NCBI GenBank assembly: GCA_050014255.1
Contig: JBEKDR010000003.1
Coordinates: forward strand, 20,497-84,496
From: Bacteroidales bacterium
GTDB taxonomy: Bacteria; Bacteroidota; Bacteroidia; Bacteroidales; VadinHA17
Length of the DNA stretch: 64,000 nt
Direction: 5' to 3'
In this document: in pieces, positions 8,981 through 18,554 of the stretch
Numbering within the stretch: position 1 is the stretch's first letter
Layout: each line of letters starts with the position of its first letter
Position numbers and translations under genes: made by a program
Notes under the pieces: generated by a model
What the model saw: only the letters and a program-made list of their open reading frames with translations
Told to the model about the DNA's origin: nothing
The model's database searches: none

Positions 8981-10180
8981 ATGGAACCACATTACCAACA
9001 CTTGTATGAAATTCTGGCCCACGCACAAGGGTACATTTTCCCAAATGAAATAGATCTTCAATGGGGAATTCTTATTGTTGTATACCCATTTATTACCGGA
9101 CTTGTTGCAGGTGCATTTATTCTTGCCTCTCTCGAGAGGGTTTTCAAGGTTAAAATTCTGAAACCGACCTACCAGATTGCACTGCTTACAGCCCTTTCAT
9201 TTCTGCTGGTTGCAACTATGCCTCTCATAAGTCACCTCTCCCAGCCTCAGCGAGCTTATGAGATTATGATCACACCTCATTCATCATCCGCTATGGCCAT
9301 TTTTGGGTTTGTGTATCTGTGGTATCTTGCGGTGGTGCTTTTGCTTGAGATATGGTTTGACTACCGGCATAGTTTAGTAGTGTGGGCGAATGAGAAAACA
9401 GGTATAATGAGATTGGTTTACAAAATTCTGACTCTTGGTGTTAATGATATTTCTCCCAGGACACTTAAATGGGACCGAAAACTGGGATATATTATTACAG
9501 TAGTAGGAATCCCGTCTGCATTTATACTGCATGGTTATGTTGGTTTTATATTCGGATCGCTTAAAGCTAACCCATGGTGGTCGTCGCCTCTAATACCGAT
9601 TATATTCCTCTTTTCGGCAATGGTATCCGGAATTGCATTGATCATGTTAGTTTATATGATAGTTTCATATGTACGAAAAAAGGCTATTGATCTGAATGTG
9701 CTTGATGCAATCGGGAAGTATCTCTTTTTTGTGTTGATTCTCGACTTTACTCTTGAAAGCCTCGATCAGATACACAGGATTTATGAAGCCGAAGAATCAT
9801 TTGAAATAATTAAACTACTTGTTTCGGGCAAACTATATCTGACTCTTTTTGTTGCACAGGGTCTGATTGGAACAATTATTCCGCTTATTACTCTTGTTTT
9901 CCTGCAGTTCTATAAGCATAAGATACGACTTCAAAAGACTATGTATTTCATTGTGAGCATTCTGGTTCTGATTGGAGTCTATTCTATGAGATGGAATGTC
10001 GTGATCGGTGGACAGTTATTCTCAAAGAGTTTTTCAGGCTTTACCAGTTTTAAAGTAGGATTGATTGGTCTGGATGGGACATTAATGGCTGCATTCTGGC
10101 TTATATTGCCAATTGGGATACTTGCTTTCCTCCTTTGGCTGCTACCTCCCTGGAAAATGGTTAAGGAGGAAGATGAATAA
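8981..10180 (+). CDS. NrfD/PsrC-family polytopic quinone-interacting membrane subunit
   Basis: 399 aa with roughly 8-10 TM helices. It starts 2 nt after the FeS subunit stop, which is the usual FeS-NrfD gene order. Confidence 0.8.
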   Translation: MEPHYQHLYEILAHAQGYIFPNEIDLQWGILIVVYPFITGLVAGAFILASLERVFKVKILKPTYQIALLTALSFLLVATMPLISHLSQPQRAYEIMITPHSSSAMAIFGFVYLWYLAVVLLLEIWFDYRHSLVVWANEKTGIMRLVYKILTLGVNDISPRTLKWDRKLGYIITVVGIPSAFILHGYVGFIFGSLKANPWWSSPLIPIIFLFSAMVSGIALIMLVYMIVSYVRKKAIDLNVLDAIGKYLFFVLILDFTLESLDQIHRIYEAEESFEIIKLLVSGKLYLTLFVAQGLIGTIIPLITLVFLQFYKHKIRLQKTMYFIVSILVLIGVYSMRWNVVIGGQLFSKSFSGFTSFKVGLIGLDGTLMAAFWLILPIGILAFLLWLLPPWKMVKEEDE

Positions 10181-10249
10181 ATTCTGAATACGCGGGTTAA
10201 TATTTTCGAAGCAGATAATCCGGTTTTTTCCAAATTATAATTATTTGCC

Positions 10250-11893
10250 ATGGCTGATCAGAATGAAGAAATGGGGAGAATTCAAGAAAGGCTGCATTCT
10301 TTAGAACTTAGGCTCGGCAGGATGGAATCTGCTCTAAATTTAGCTGATAATAAATCCTTTGAGAAATCAGAGGAGCAACTTCAGAAAACGGATTCAACTC
10401 TGAATGCCAACACTTTAAAGGAAGAAGAGAAAGGACTTGAATCACAAATCGGACGTTTTGGGCTGGCCTGGCTGGGCAATATTGTTTTGCTTTTTGGTAT
10501 AATATTCCTTGCGCAATACATGATGAACCTGGGACACAGGGATCTCTCCTTTTTATTTGGCTATCTGGCATCCGCGGTAATATTTATTATAGCAAATTAT
10601 ATAAATAAATCAAATGTTCACCTTTCGTTTATTCTCAGGATGAATGCTCAGGTACTTCTCTTTTATATCACACTCAGATTACATTTCTTTTCAATTTCAC
10701 CTATAATTCCTGATAAGTTAATCTCTATTGTCAGCCTGATGTTTCTGGTTGCATTACAGGTATATTTATCCATTCGCAGAAGATCTCAACCATTTGCAGC
10801 TCTTGCAGTGTTTTTTGCCGTGGCTGCAGCTATCCTTGGGGATGCCACACATTTGACACTTCCAATTGTAACAATTACTGCCGCCGGAACGGTTTATCTG
10901 TACAGCAGGTTCAGGTGGGAGCCACTCCTGCTAGCAACTATCTTTCTTACCTACATCTCTTTCTTCTTTTGGTTGTTTGGGAATCCACTATTGGGTCATC
11001 CCCTGCAGATGATTGCACAACATCATAATGGCGTCATATATCTTTTGGGAATTGGCACATGTTATTCTATTATGCCATGGTTCAGGAAAAAGGATACAAA
11101 TTCAGATGATTTTTTAATTAGCGCGACAATTATTAACGGGATATTCTTTACTATTCTTCTTCTTTTTATTGTTTTAAGATTTTTTAGTGCTGATTATGTT
11201 GCTCTGTTTGCTCTTATCACTTCAGGCTGCCTTATATATTCAACAATACTGCATTCAAAATCTGACTGGAATTTTGCGTCTGCTTTCTATGCACTTTATG
11301 GTTTTATGGCGATGAGCATTGCACTTTACGGCATCTTTGGGCTTCCCAAAGTTTATTTGCTTCTTTCAGTCCAGAGCCTGCTTGTTGTCTCAATGGCTTT
11401 GTGGTTTCGCAACAGGTTGATAATAGTCATGAACAGTTTGCTTTTTCTGACAATCCTGAGTGTTTATCTATTATCATCGAAAAATGTTAATGGGGTGAAC
11501 TTCAGCTTTGCGCTTATTGCACTTATTTCTGCCAGGATAATTAACTGGAAGAAGTCACGCTTGCAAATTAAAACTGATATGATAAGGAACCTGTATATGT
11601 TCGAGGGTTTTTTTATGATGCTGTTAGCATTATTGCATGCTGTCCCTAAACAATTTGTAACTTTATCATGGACAATGGCGGCATTGCTTTATTTTATACT
11701 CAGTCTTTTACTTAAAAATATAAAATACAGATATATGGCTCTGGGGACAATGATCTGCTCCGCATTCTATCTATTCATAGTTGATCTGGCCAGGATAGAA
11801 ATAATTTACAGGGTTTTAGCTTTGCTTTTTCTGGCTGCAATTTCTATTGGCATTTCTATCTATTATACAAACCGGGTAAAAAAAGCCGATTAA
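10250..11893 (+). CDS. Large polytopic membrane protein with an N-terminal coiled coil (DUF2339-like)
   Basis: 547 aa. N-terminus RIQERLHSLELRLGRMESAL, followed by more than 12 hydrophobic helices. The family assignment is from memory of the DUF2339 layout only. Confidence 0.4.
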   Translation: MADQNEEMGRIQERLHSLELRLGRMESALNLADNKSFEKSEEQLQKTDSTLNANTLKEEEKGLESQIGRFGLAWLGNIVLLFGIIFLAQYMMNLGHRDLSFLFGYLASAVIFIIANYINKSNVHLSFILRMNAQVLLFYITLRLHFFSISPIIPDKLISIVSLMFLVALQVYLSIRRRSQPFAALAVFFAVAAAILGDATHLTLPIVTITAAGTVYLYSRFRWEPLLLATIFLTYISFFFWLFGNPLLGHPLQMIAQHHNGVIYLLGIGTCYSIMPWFRKKDTNSDDFLISATIINGIFFTILLLFIVLRFFSADYVALFALITSGCLIYSTILHSKSDWNFASAFYALYGFMAMSIALYGIFGLPKVYLLLSVQSLLVVSMALWFRNRLIIVMNSLLFLTILSVYLLSSKNVNGVNFSFALIALISARIINWKKSRLQIKTDMIRNLYMFEGFFMMLLALLHAVPKQFVTLSWTMAALLYFILSLLLKNIKYRYMALGTMICSAFYLFIVDLARIEIIYRVLALLFLAAISIGISIYYTNRVKKAD

Positions 11894-11988
11894 CTAAATT
11901 CTGACCCCGGATCACAGCATATTCCCTTCAATAAATTTTATGCATTTGAAAAAATACTTTTAATTTGTATTCTCTTAATTATCAGTTG

Positions 11989-12552
11989 ATGAAAAATATT
12001 TATTTTCTGTTCTGCGTACTTCTTGTTTCCTTCAGTGGCTGTAAAACTACAAAACCGGTGGCTTCAAAATCACCTGTTGCTGAACAGACTTCTGCTCCGA
12101 CAGTCGATTTTTCAGATCAGACAACATGGCTGCTCGGATATTTTAATCCGGTTCAGTTAACCCGTTCTCCTTACTCAATCTGGTATCTTAAAGGGTTTGA
12201 TGAATACCAGCCAAAGACAGATGCAATTAATAAATTGCTGGAAATAAATAAAGAAGATCTGACAATAAAAGTTGTCATGGGAACCTGGTGCCCCGACAGC
12301 AGAAGAGAGGTTCCGCGATTTATGAGGGTTATGAATGCATGGCAGTTTCCCGTTGAAAAATTAATTTTCATAGGAGTTGATGATGCTAAACAATCTCCTG
12401 TTGGGGAATATGTAAAACTGGATATACACCGGGTTCCCACATTTATTATCTATAAAAATAATATTGAGGCTGGACGCATCATTGAAAATCCTACCACGTC
12501 TTTAGAGCAGGATATGGTTAACATCCTTACAGGAATGAATAATAATAAATAA
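11989..12552 (+). CDS. Thioredoxin-fold lipoprotein with a CxxS active-site variant
   Basis: ATG 11989 is preferred over the TTG at 11965. Lipobox LLVSFSGC. Thioredoxin-like motif GTWCPDSRREVP. Confidence 0.6.
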   Translation: MKNIYFLFCVLLVSFSGCKTTKPVASKSPVAEQTSAPTVDFSDQTTWLLGYFNPVQLTRSPYSIWYLKGFDEYQPKTDAINKLLEINKEDLTIKVVMGTWCPDSRREVPRFMRVMNAWQFPVEKLIFIGVDDAKQSPVGEYVKLDIHRVPTFIIYKNNIEAGRIIENPTTSLEQDMVNILTGMNNNK

Positions 12553-12561
12553 TTTAATATC

Positions 12562-13107
12562 ATGGAAGAGGTAAAAAATAATTCGGGACAAAATCTGGGG
12601 ATTGCTGCTCTTATAACAGCTGTAATAACTTTTGTACTTGCAGTTATTCCCTGTGTAGGCCTGATAGCAATTATTCCCGGAATTATAGCTATTGTACTTG
12701 CATCAGTCGGACTTTCTCAGGCTTCGAGAAGCAACTCACCGCGTGGTGTACTGATTGCCGGATTAATCATTGCGATAATAGCTTCGATGATCTCATTTTC
12801 GCAGATTTTTGTTGCCGGGAAGATTGTTAAAAAAGCAGACAACTGGCCAAACAACATTCATAATATTATAAATGATGTTCAGGACAATGTTACTAAAGAG
12901 ATTGAAGATGCACATGTATCAATAAAGGTTGAAAGCAATGGGGAAAAGGTGGAAATAAACACCAACGCCAATAAAAAGGATCAGGAGAAGACACTTGAAA
13001 ATCTTGAGGGTGTAAACATCCAGAAACATGATACTATTCAGAAACATGATAGTATCCAGAAGCATGATAGTATTCAAAAACATGTTATTGTCAGAAAGAA
13101 AAAATAA
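12562..13107 (+). CDS. Small membrane protein with a C-terminal IQKHDx hexapeptide repeat
   Basis: Hydrophobic helices GIAALITAVITFVLAVIPCVGLIAIIPGIIAIVLASVGL and GVLIAGLIIAIIASMISF. The C-terminus reads NIQKHDTIQKHDSIQKHDSIQKHVIV. Confidence 0.5.
   Translation: MEEVKNNSGQNLGIAALITAVITFVLAVIPCVGLIAIIPGIIAIVLASVGLSQASRSNSPRGVLIAGLIIAIIASMISFSQIFVAGKIVKKADNWPNNIHNIINDVQDNVTKEIEDAHVSIKVESNGEKVEINTNANKKDQEKTLENLEGVNIQKHDTIQKHDSIQKHDSIQKHVIVRKKK
13018..13089 (+). repeat. 4 x 18-bp in-frame tandem repeat (ATYCARAARCATGATAST)
   Basis: Read directly: atccagaaacatgatact / attcagaaacatgatagt / atccagaagcatgatagt / attcaaaaacatgttatt. Confidence 0.9.
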
Positions 13108-13549
13108 TACAGCACAGAACTTGAAGGTAAAGCTCCGGAATGAGCCTTACCTCATTATTAATATATTTTTTGCCGGAGTAATATTGGTGATCTTTGCATA
13201 CTCCGGCATTTTTTCTCCTGAGAAGGATAATTATCCCGTTGTATGTATTCATGAGAAGCTAACAGGCCAGCCATGTGTCTCATGCGGCTTATCACATAGT
13301 TTTTCTTTGATTGTCAGGGGAAGAGTTGAAGAAGCATACCATTGGAATAGCTATGGCATGAGGATCTTCCTCTTTTTCGTCGCACAGCTGGTTTTAAGAG
13401 TCGCATTTTCAATTTTCTACCTAAAGTATCCTGACACACGCAAACAATTGATAATTGTTGATTGTATAGGATCAGGAATAATCTTTTTTGTTGCTTTCTG
13501 GCCGTTTATAGTGAGCATAATTACCGGAGTTCTATCAACTGTCTCTTAG
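13082..13549 (+). CDS. DUF2752-like membrane protein (conserved CxxCG motif)
   Basis: TGQPCVSCGLSHSF follows a TM helix, with further TM helices after it. The start is uncertain: ATGs at 13028, 13046, 13064 and 13082 all fall inside the upstream repeat, and 13082 gives the smallest overlap with the preceding gene. Confidence 0.5.
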   Translation: MLLSERKNNTAQNLKVKLRNEPYLIINIFFAGVILVIFAYSGIFSPEKDNYPVVCIHEKLTGQPCVSCGLSHSFSLIVRGRVEEAYHWNSYGMRIFLFFVAQLVLRVAFSIFYLKYPDTRKQLIIVDCIGSGIIFFVAFWPFIVSIITGVLSTVS

Positions 13550-13571
13550 TTCGCTCTGTTTTTGCCCCCAA

Positions 13572-13650
13572 CCCCCCTAAAGGGGGGCTGATACACGTTC
13601 TTATATAAGATTTTAGTCAAAAATCGAGGATTAACCCCCCTTTAGGGGGG
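13572..13650. terminator. Pair of mutually inverted C6-N4-G6 hairpins between convergent genes; likely a bidirectional terminator or repeat element
   Basis: CCCCCCTAAAGGGGGG at 13572-13587 and its reverse complement CCCCCCTTTAGGGGGG at 13635-13650, flanked by further C/G runs. Confidence 0.5.
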
Positions 13651-13699
13651 CAGGGGGGTCAACAAAGAAGGGGAAGGTGACAAAATATAGGTGAATAAT

Positions 13700-14167
13700 T
13701 CATTCCCCGAGATCATTCAGCAAATCATACAATAAACTGCTCTCAAACCCCTTTGATAATCCGTATCGTAGTAATTTTGCCTTCAGATCATACTGATTTT
13801 TAGCTTTAACTGATCTTCTGTGAGCTCCGATAAGCTCAATCAGTAATTTAGTATATTGCTCATTATCAATAGAATCAAGAGCAGAAGATATAATATCAGG
13901 AGGAAGTTTCTTTACTCTGAGATGTGCAGCAATCTTGACCTTTCCCCATTTATTGTACTTAAATTTATCCCTTACAAATGCTGTAGCATACCTCGATTCA
14001 TTAATAAAGTTTTCGTTGATTAGAATTCCTATAATTTTCTCAGCATCATTATTTTCAATGCCCCATAACGACAATTTATTGCGTATATCATCACAACAAA
14101 ATTCCCGGCGGGAGCACTGAGCCATTGCTTTGTCAAGAGCTATCTTGAATAATGCTTTCTCAGCCAT
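13700..14167 (-). CDS. recX: Regulatory protein RecX
   Basis: 155 aa. RecX-like three-repeat helical pattern (ALDKAMAQCSRREFCCDDIRNKL..., ESRYATAFVRDKFKYNKWGKVKI...). Confidence 0.75.
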   Translation of the reverse strand: MAEKALFKIALDKAMAQCSRREFCCDDIRNKLSLWGIENNDAEKIIGILINENFINESRYATAFVRDKFKYNKWGKVKIAAHLRVKKLPPDIISSALDSIDNEQYTKLLIELIGAHRRSVKAKNQYDLKAKLLRYGLSKGFESSLLYDLLNDLGE

Positions 14168-15026
14168 TTTTTCTTCCTTTTATTATTCTTTCTTTATTAT
14201 TAATGTCCGAAACGATTTTTATTTCAGAATAATAAAACAATTCAAACAATTTAATCAATGGTCTGCCCATAGCTTCATTTATTTCAAAATACAAACGGCC
14301 ACCAGGCAGAAGAATTTTGACAGCGAGTTTAAGAATGGCATAATAATAAATAAGAGGATCGGTATCAGTCACAAACAAAGCCAGATGAGGCTCAAAATCA
14401 AGTACATTTTTGGCCATCAGCGGCTTTTCTGAATTCCGGACATAGGGAGGATTGCTCACAATAATACCTGCTTTGCTGACGACTTCATGGGCCAAAGTTA
14501 AGATATCTCCTTTTATAAATGAGACCTTAACTTTATTTAAAACAGCATTTTCATTAGCAATTCTGATTGCATCATCAGAAATCTCAATTCCTGTCAGCGT
14601 CGCAGATGGAAGGTTTGCAGCCAGGGCCACGGCGATACATCCGGAACCGGAACCAAAATCAATAATATTTCCCTTATAATCCCTGTTTTCCCTGATAATA
14701 AGATCCACAAGCTCCTCCGTTTCCGGACGGGGAATGAGAGTGGAACTATTTACTTTAATGGTACAATTGTAAAAAGAGGTTTCACCAAGAATATATTGAA
14801 TCGGCCTCCCGGTTTTAAGCTCCTCAATGATTCCAATAATCTTTTCCGCCTCTCTTTCGGTTATCATATAACCATTATCATATAGCTGATGCAACTTTGT
14901 TGTTCCGGTAACAGTCTTAATCAGGATATCAGCAAGGATTCTCATTTCAGGTTCCTTATAAATACCTGTAAGTTCCTTCGCGAGATAAAACCTGATATCT
15001 TTTATTGTTTGTATCTTGACACCCAT
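14160..15026 (-). CDS. prmC: Release-factor glutamine N5-methyltransferase PrmC/HemK
   Basis: 288 aa. SAM motif IIDFGSGSGCIAVALA and substrate motif IIVSNPPYV (NPPY). Confidence 0.9.
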   Translation of the reverse strand: MGVKIQTIKDIRFYLAKELTGIYKEPEMRILADILIKTVTGTTKLHQLYDNGYMITEREAEKIIGIIEELKTGRPIQYILGETSFYNCTIKVNSSTLIPRPETEELVDLIIRENRDYKGNIIDFGSGSGCIAVALAANLPSATLTGIEISDDAIRIANENAVLNKVKVSFIKGDILTLAHEVVSKAGIIVSNPPYVRNSEKPLMAKNVLDFEPHLALFVTDTDPLIYYYAILKLAVKILLPGGRLYFEINEAMGRPLIKLFELFYYSEIKIVSDINNKERIIKGRKNG

Positions 15027-15052
15027 AAGTCAAATTTAGTACATTCAGCGAA

Positions 15053-16108
15053 ATGACAGAGACAGACGATATCAAATTCATGCGAAGATGCCTTGAACTT
15101 GCCTCGAAGGCAGAAGGTTTGACTTATCCAAATCCAATGGTTGGTTCGGTAATAGTTTATGATGGTAAGATTTTGGGAGAAGGGTACCATATCAGATCCG
15201 GTGAATCTCATGCAGAGGTAAAAGCCATTGACTCTGTTCCCGATAAGACAAAACTGAAGTTATCAACGCTTTATGTCAACCTTGAGCCATGCTCCCATTT
15301 TGGGAAGACACCTCCGTGTGCAGATTATATTATTTCGAGTGGAATTCCAGAGATCGTTATCGGTACGATTGATACAAGTGAAAAAGTTTCGGGGAAAGGT
15401 GTAACCAGACTCAGGGAAGCTGGTTGTGATGTAAAAACAGGAATCATTGAAGAGGATTGCAGAAGACTGAACAGGCGATTTTTCACTTTTCATGAAAAGG
15501 GAAGACCTTATATAACCTTGAAATGGGCAAAAAGTGCTGATGGATATCTGGATACAATAAGATCTGAAAATCATAAAACAGGGCCGACCTGGATAACCGG
15601 TAAGCCGGAAAGAGTACTGGTTCATAAATGGAGAGCATCTGAGCAGGCCATCCTTGCAGGAGCAGGAACAGTGAGGGCCGATAATCCAAGGCTTAATGTA
15701 CGGGATTGGCAGGGTCCCGATCCTTTAAAATTAATACTGAGTAGTTCAGGATCTTTCGATAAAGGGCCGTCTGTGAGTAATTTATATAATAATGCAATTA
15801 TATTTACCCATAATTCAAATGCGGATATTCCGGATGATGTGAAGGTAGTGCTCAGGAAAGATACACCTTCTTCGGTTCAAATATGCGAGTACCTTTATTC
15901 GTCCGGCATTCAATCGTTATTAATTGAAGGAGGAGCAGAAGTACTTAATCATTTTATTTCAACAGGATTTTGGGATGAAGCCAGGATTTTTACCGGAGAC
16001 GATTATTTTAGGGAAGGTGTAAAAGCACCTCTGATAAACGGGATACTATCTTCAAAGACAGTTTTCAGCGGTAGTTCCCTTGAATTATATTTAAAGAATG
16101 GAAGTTAG
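15053..16108 (+). CDS. ribD: Bifunctional riboflavin biosynthesis deaminase/reductase RibD
   Basis: Deaminase zinc motifs HAEVKAI and PCSHFGKTPPCA. C-terminal reductase domain (ITLKWAKSADGY..., LLIEGGAEVLNHF). Confidence 0.92.
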   Translation: MTETDDIKFMRRCLELASKAEGLTYPNPMVGSVIVYDGKILGEGYHIRSGESHAEVKAIDSVPDKTKLKLSTLYVNLEPCSHFGKTPPCADYIISSGIPEIVIGTIDTSEKVSGKGVTRLREAGCDVKTGIIEEDCRRLNRRFFTFHEKGRPYITLKWAKSADGYLDTIRSENHKTGPTWITGKPERVLVHKWRASEQAILAGAGTVRADNPRLNVRDWQGPDPLKLILSSSGSFDKGPSVSNLYNNAIIFTHNSNADIPDDVKVVLRKDTPSSVQICEYLYSSGIQSLLIEGGAEVLNHFISTGFWDEARIFTGDDYFREGVKAPLINGILSSKTVFSGSSLELYLKNGS

Positions 16109-16188
16109 GATTATATGAGAGTGATAATTACGAGAAATATTTCTAATTTTGATATATCGATGAAGAAATTAAACTTAGTCTGGAAAAT

Positions 16189-18546
16189 ATGAAGAAGCGA
16201 ATATTTTTAATGGCAACCATCATGACCCTGGTGGCAGTATGTGCTTTTGGACAAAGTGCCAGGAAGTATTACAAAGCAGGGGTGGAGTTTGTTGATAATC
16301 TGAGATATGATGACGCTATTGTCCAGTTTACAAACGCCCTTGGCCTGGAACCTTCAAATCCTGATTACTATTATGTCAGAGGACAAGCTTATGAAAAGTT
16401 ATCAAAATACGCTGAAGCCAAGGCCGATTTTGAGAAGGCACTGGTTTTTGCACCGAAAGATGTTGATGCAATGATCAGCCTGGGTGCTGTCTCTAACAAG
16501 CTGGGCAAGTATGATGAGGCCCTGAAGGTTCTTAACCACGTTTCAACACTTGATAAGCGAAATTCAAAGGTTTATCCTGAAAAGGTAATGTCTTTGTATT
16601 ACCTTAATAAATATGACCAGGCCCTCCAGGCTTCAGATACAGCAATAATAATTAAAGATACACCAATGGATTACTATTGGCGAGGCCTTATCTATATAAG
16701 ACTAAAAAACAATGTACTTGGAGAAAAGGAATTGCGGAAATCAATTTCAAAAGACAGGAAACTGGCTGAACCAAGAATTGCGCTTGCCGACCTGCTGATT
16801 TCATCAAATCCAAAAGAAGCAATGGATCAGTGCAATGAAGTAATTAAAAATAACGACAGGAATACGGAAGCTTATCTTGAGAGAAGTAAGGTATATAGGA
16901 AAAACCTTGATTATCCCAGCGCAATCAATGATATTTCCAAAACTATCCTGATCGATTCTGTTAATCCGGCATTTTATTATGAAAGAGGCAAATGTTACCA
17001 GAAATTCAACCAGCATACTAATGCGATTAATGATTTTTCAAAAACCATCTCTCTTAATGCAGAGCGTAAGGCGGAAGATCCCGACGTTTATTATTCAAGG
17101 GCCAAATCCTATGAGGAAATTATGGATTATGATAAAGCCAGGGCCGATTATAACAAGATTACATTTCTCTCCAAGTACGATGCAAAAGCACGCGAAATGC
17201 TTGAACTTTCCCAGAAGAGACTTTATGAACTAAACAGGGAGACTGATCCTCCCGAGATTTCAGTTATTAGCCCGGTTCCGGTAAAAGATACTGTAGAGAT
17301 CAAAGGAGACAAAACTGCTCTTCTTATCTCCGGTACTCTTAAAGATAAAAGCAAGATTAAATCATTTAAGATTAATAATGAGAGTGTTATCCTGGTAGAA
17401 AAAAACGGGGAAAATGATTTTCTTGCAAATATTACTGTAAACGGCGTTGATAAGATTACTTTTTCTGCCATCGACGATTATGATAATGAAAAAGTCCTGA
17501 ATTATGTTCTTAAACGCACTGAAACTAACCCTCCTAAAATCATAATTGTTGCGCCATATACGACTGAGGAAGGACAGGTTATACTCGATACTCCGACACC
17601 CAATATTGCTATTCAGGGTAAAATTTCAGATGAAAGCAAAATTAAATCTATTACCGTAGGCAATTTTACGGCAAGCTATAATCCAAATGATTTAAATCCT
17701 GCATTTACAGCAACATTAGATATTTCAAATTTAAATAAGTTTACCGTAGTTGCTGAAGATATCTATGGAAACAGGCAGGAAACCGAATTTACACTTAACA
17801 GGGAAGGTGCAGGAATCGCTGCAACCAATCCGATGGGAAGAACCTGGGTTGTATTTATCGAGAATTCCGGTTATGAAACTTTTGCAAGCCTTGACGGGCC
17901 TATAAAAGATATCAGTACAATGCAGAGAGCCCTTGCTAATTATCAGATTCATAACATTATTTATAAGAAAGATATGACAAAGGCGGAAATGGAAAGATTT
18001 TTTAATATTGAGCTCCGCGACCAGGTAAAGAAAAACCAGGTTAAATCCTTAATGATCTATTATGCTGGACATGGCAAATATATTAATAATGTCGGTTACT
18101 GGATCCCCGTTGATGCAAAACGCGACGATGAGTTTACCTACTTTAATATCAACTCGTTAAAAGCAGGATTGCAGGGTTACAGTGATGTAGTTGTCCATAC
18201 TCTTGTAGTCTCTGATGCCTGCGAATCAGGCCCTGGCTTTTATTCTGCATCACGCGCTGCTAACGAAGCTCCGACTTGCGATAATACACTCGTGGCAGGT
18301 GCAAAATCAGCACAGGTTTTCTCCTCTGCAGGAGAAGCTTACGAGCTGGCTTCCGATAATTCAAAGTTTGCAGCAACATTTGCCAATACCCTGATGAACA
18401 ACAAAAATGCCTGCATCCCTATTGAAACTGTCGTTAAATCAGTTACAGCTGTCATCGCTTCAGATAATAAAGGGCAGAAACCTAAGTTTGGCAGGATTCA
18501 GGGATTGGAGGATATGCTCGGGACATTCTTCTTTATTACGAAATAG
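16189..18546 (+). CDS. Secreted TPR-repeat protein with two Ig-like repeats and a C-terminal caspase-like (peptidase C14) domain
   Basis: Signal peptide MATIMTLVAVCAFGQSA. About 9 TPR units in residues 30-340. Duplicated segment PPEISVISP...KDKSKIKSFKINN / PPKIIIVAP...SDESKIKSITVGN. Caspase His-Cys dyad context LMIYYAGHGKY and LVVSDACESGPG. Confidence 0.8.
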   Translation: MKKRIFLMATIMTLVAVCAFGQSARKYYKAGVEFVDNLRYDDAIVQFTNALGLEPSNPDYYYVRGQAYEKLSKYAEAKADFEKALVFAPKDVDAMISLGAVSNKLGKYDEALKVLNHVSTLDKRNSKVYPEKVMSLYYLNKYDQALQASDTAIIIKDTPMDYYWRGLIYIRLKNNVLGEKELRKSISKDRKLAEPRIALADLLISSNPKEAMDQCNEVIKNNDRNTEAYLERSKVYRKNLDYPSAINDISKTILIDSVNPAFYYERGKCYQKFNQHTNAINDFSKTISLNAERKAEDPDVYYSRAKSYEEIMDYDKARADYNKITFLSKYDAKAREMLELSQKRLYELNRETDPPEISVISPVPVKDTVEIKGDKTALLISGTLKDKSKIKSFKINNESVILVEKNGENDFLANITVNGVDKITFSAIDDYDNEKVLNYVLKRTETNPPKIIIVAPYTTEEGQVILDTPTPNIAIQGKISDESKIKSITVGNFTASYNPNDLNPAFTATLDISNLNKFTVVAEDIYGNRQETEFTLNREGAGIAATNPMGRTWVVFIENSGYETFASLDGPIKDISTMQRALANYQIHNIIYKKDMTKAEMERFFNIELRDQVKKNQVKSLMIYYAGHGKYINNVGYWIPVDAKRDDEFTYFNINSLKAGLQGYSDVVVHTLVVSDACESGPGFYSASRAANEAPTCDNTLVAGAKSAQVFSSAGEAYELASDNSKFAATFANTLMNNKNACIPIETVVKSVTAVIASDNKGQKPKFGRIQGLEDMLGTFFFITK

Positions 18547-18554
18547 GCATTTAT

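Noticed and set aside
15027-15052. FMN riboswitch upstream of ribD
   Set aside because: The intergenic distance to the divergent prmC is 26 bp, leaving no room for an aptamer.
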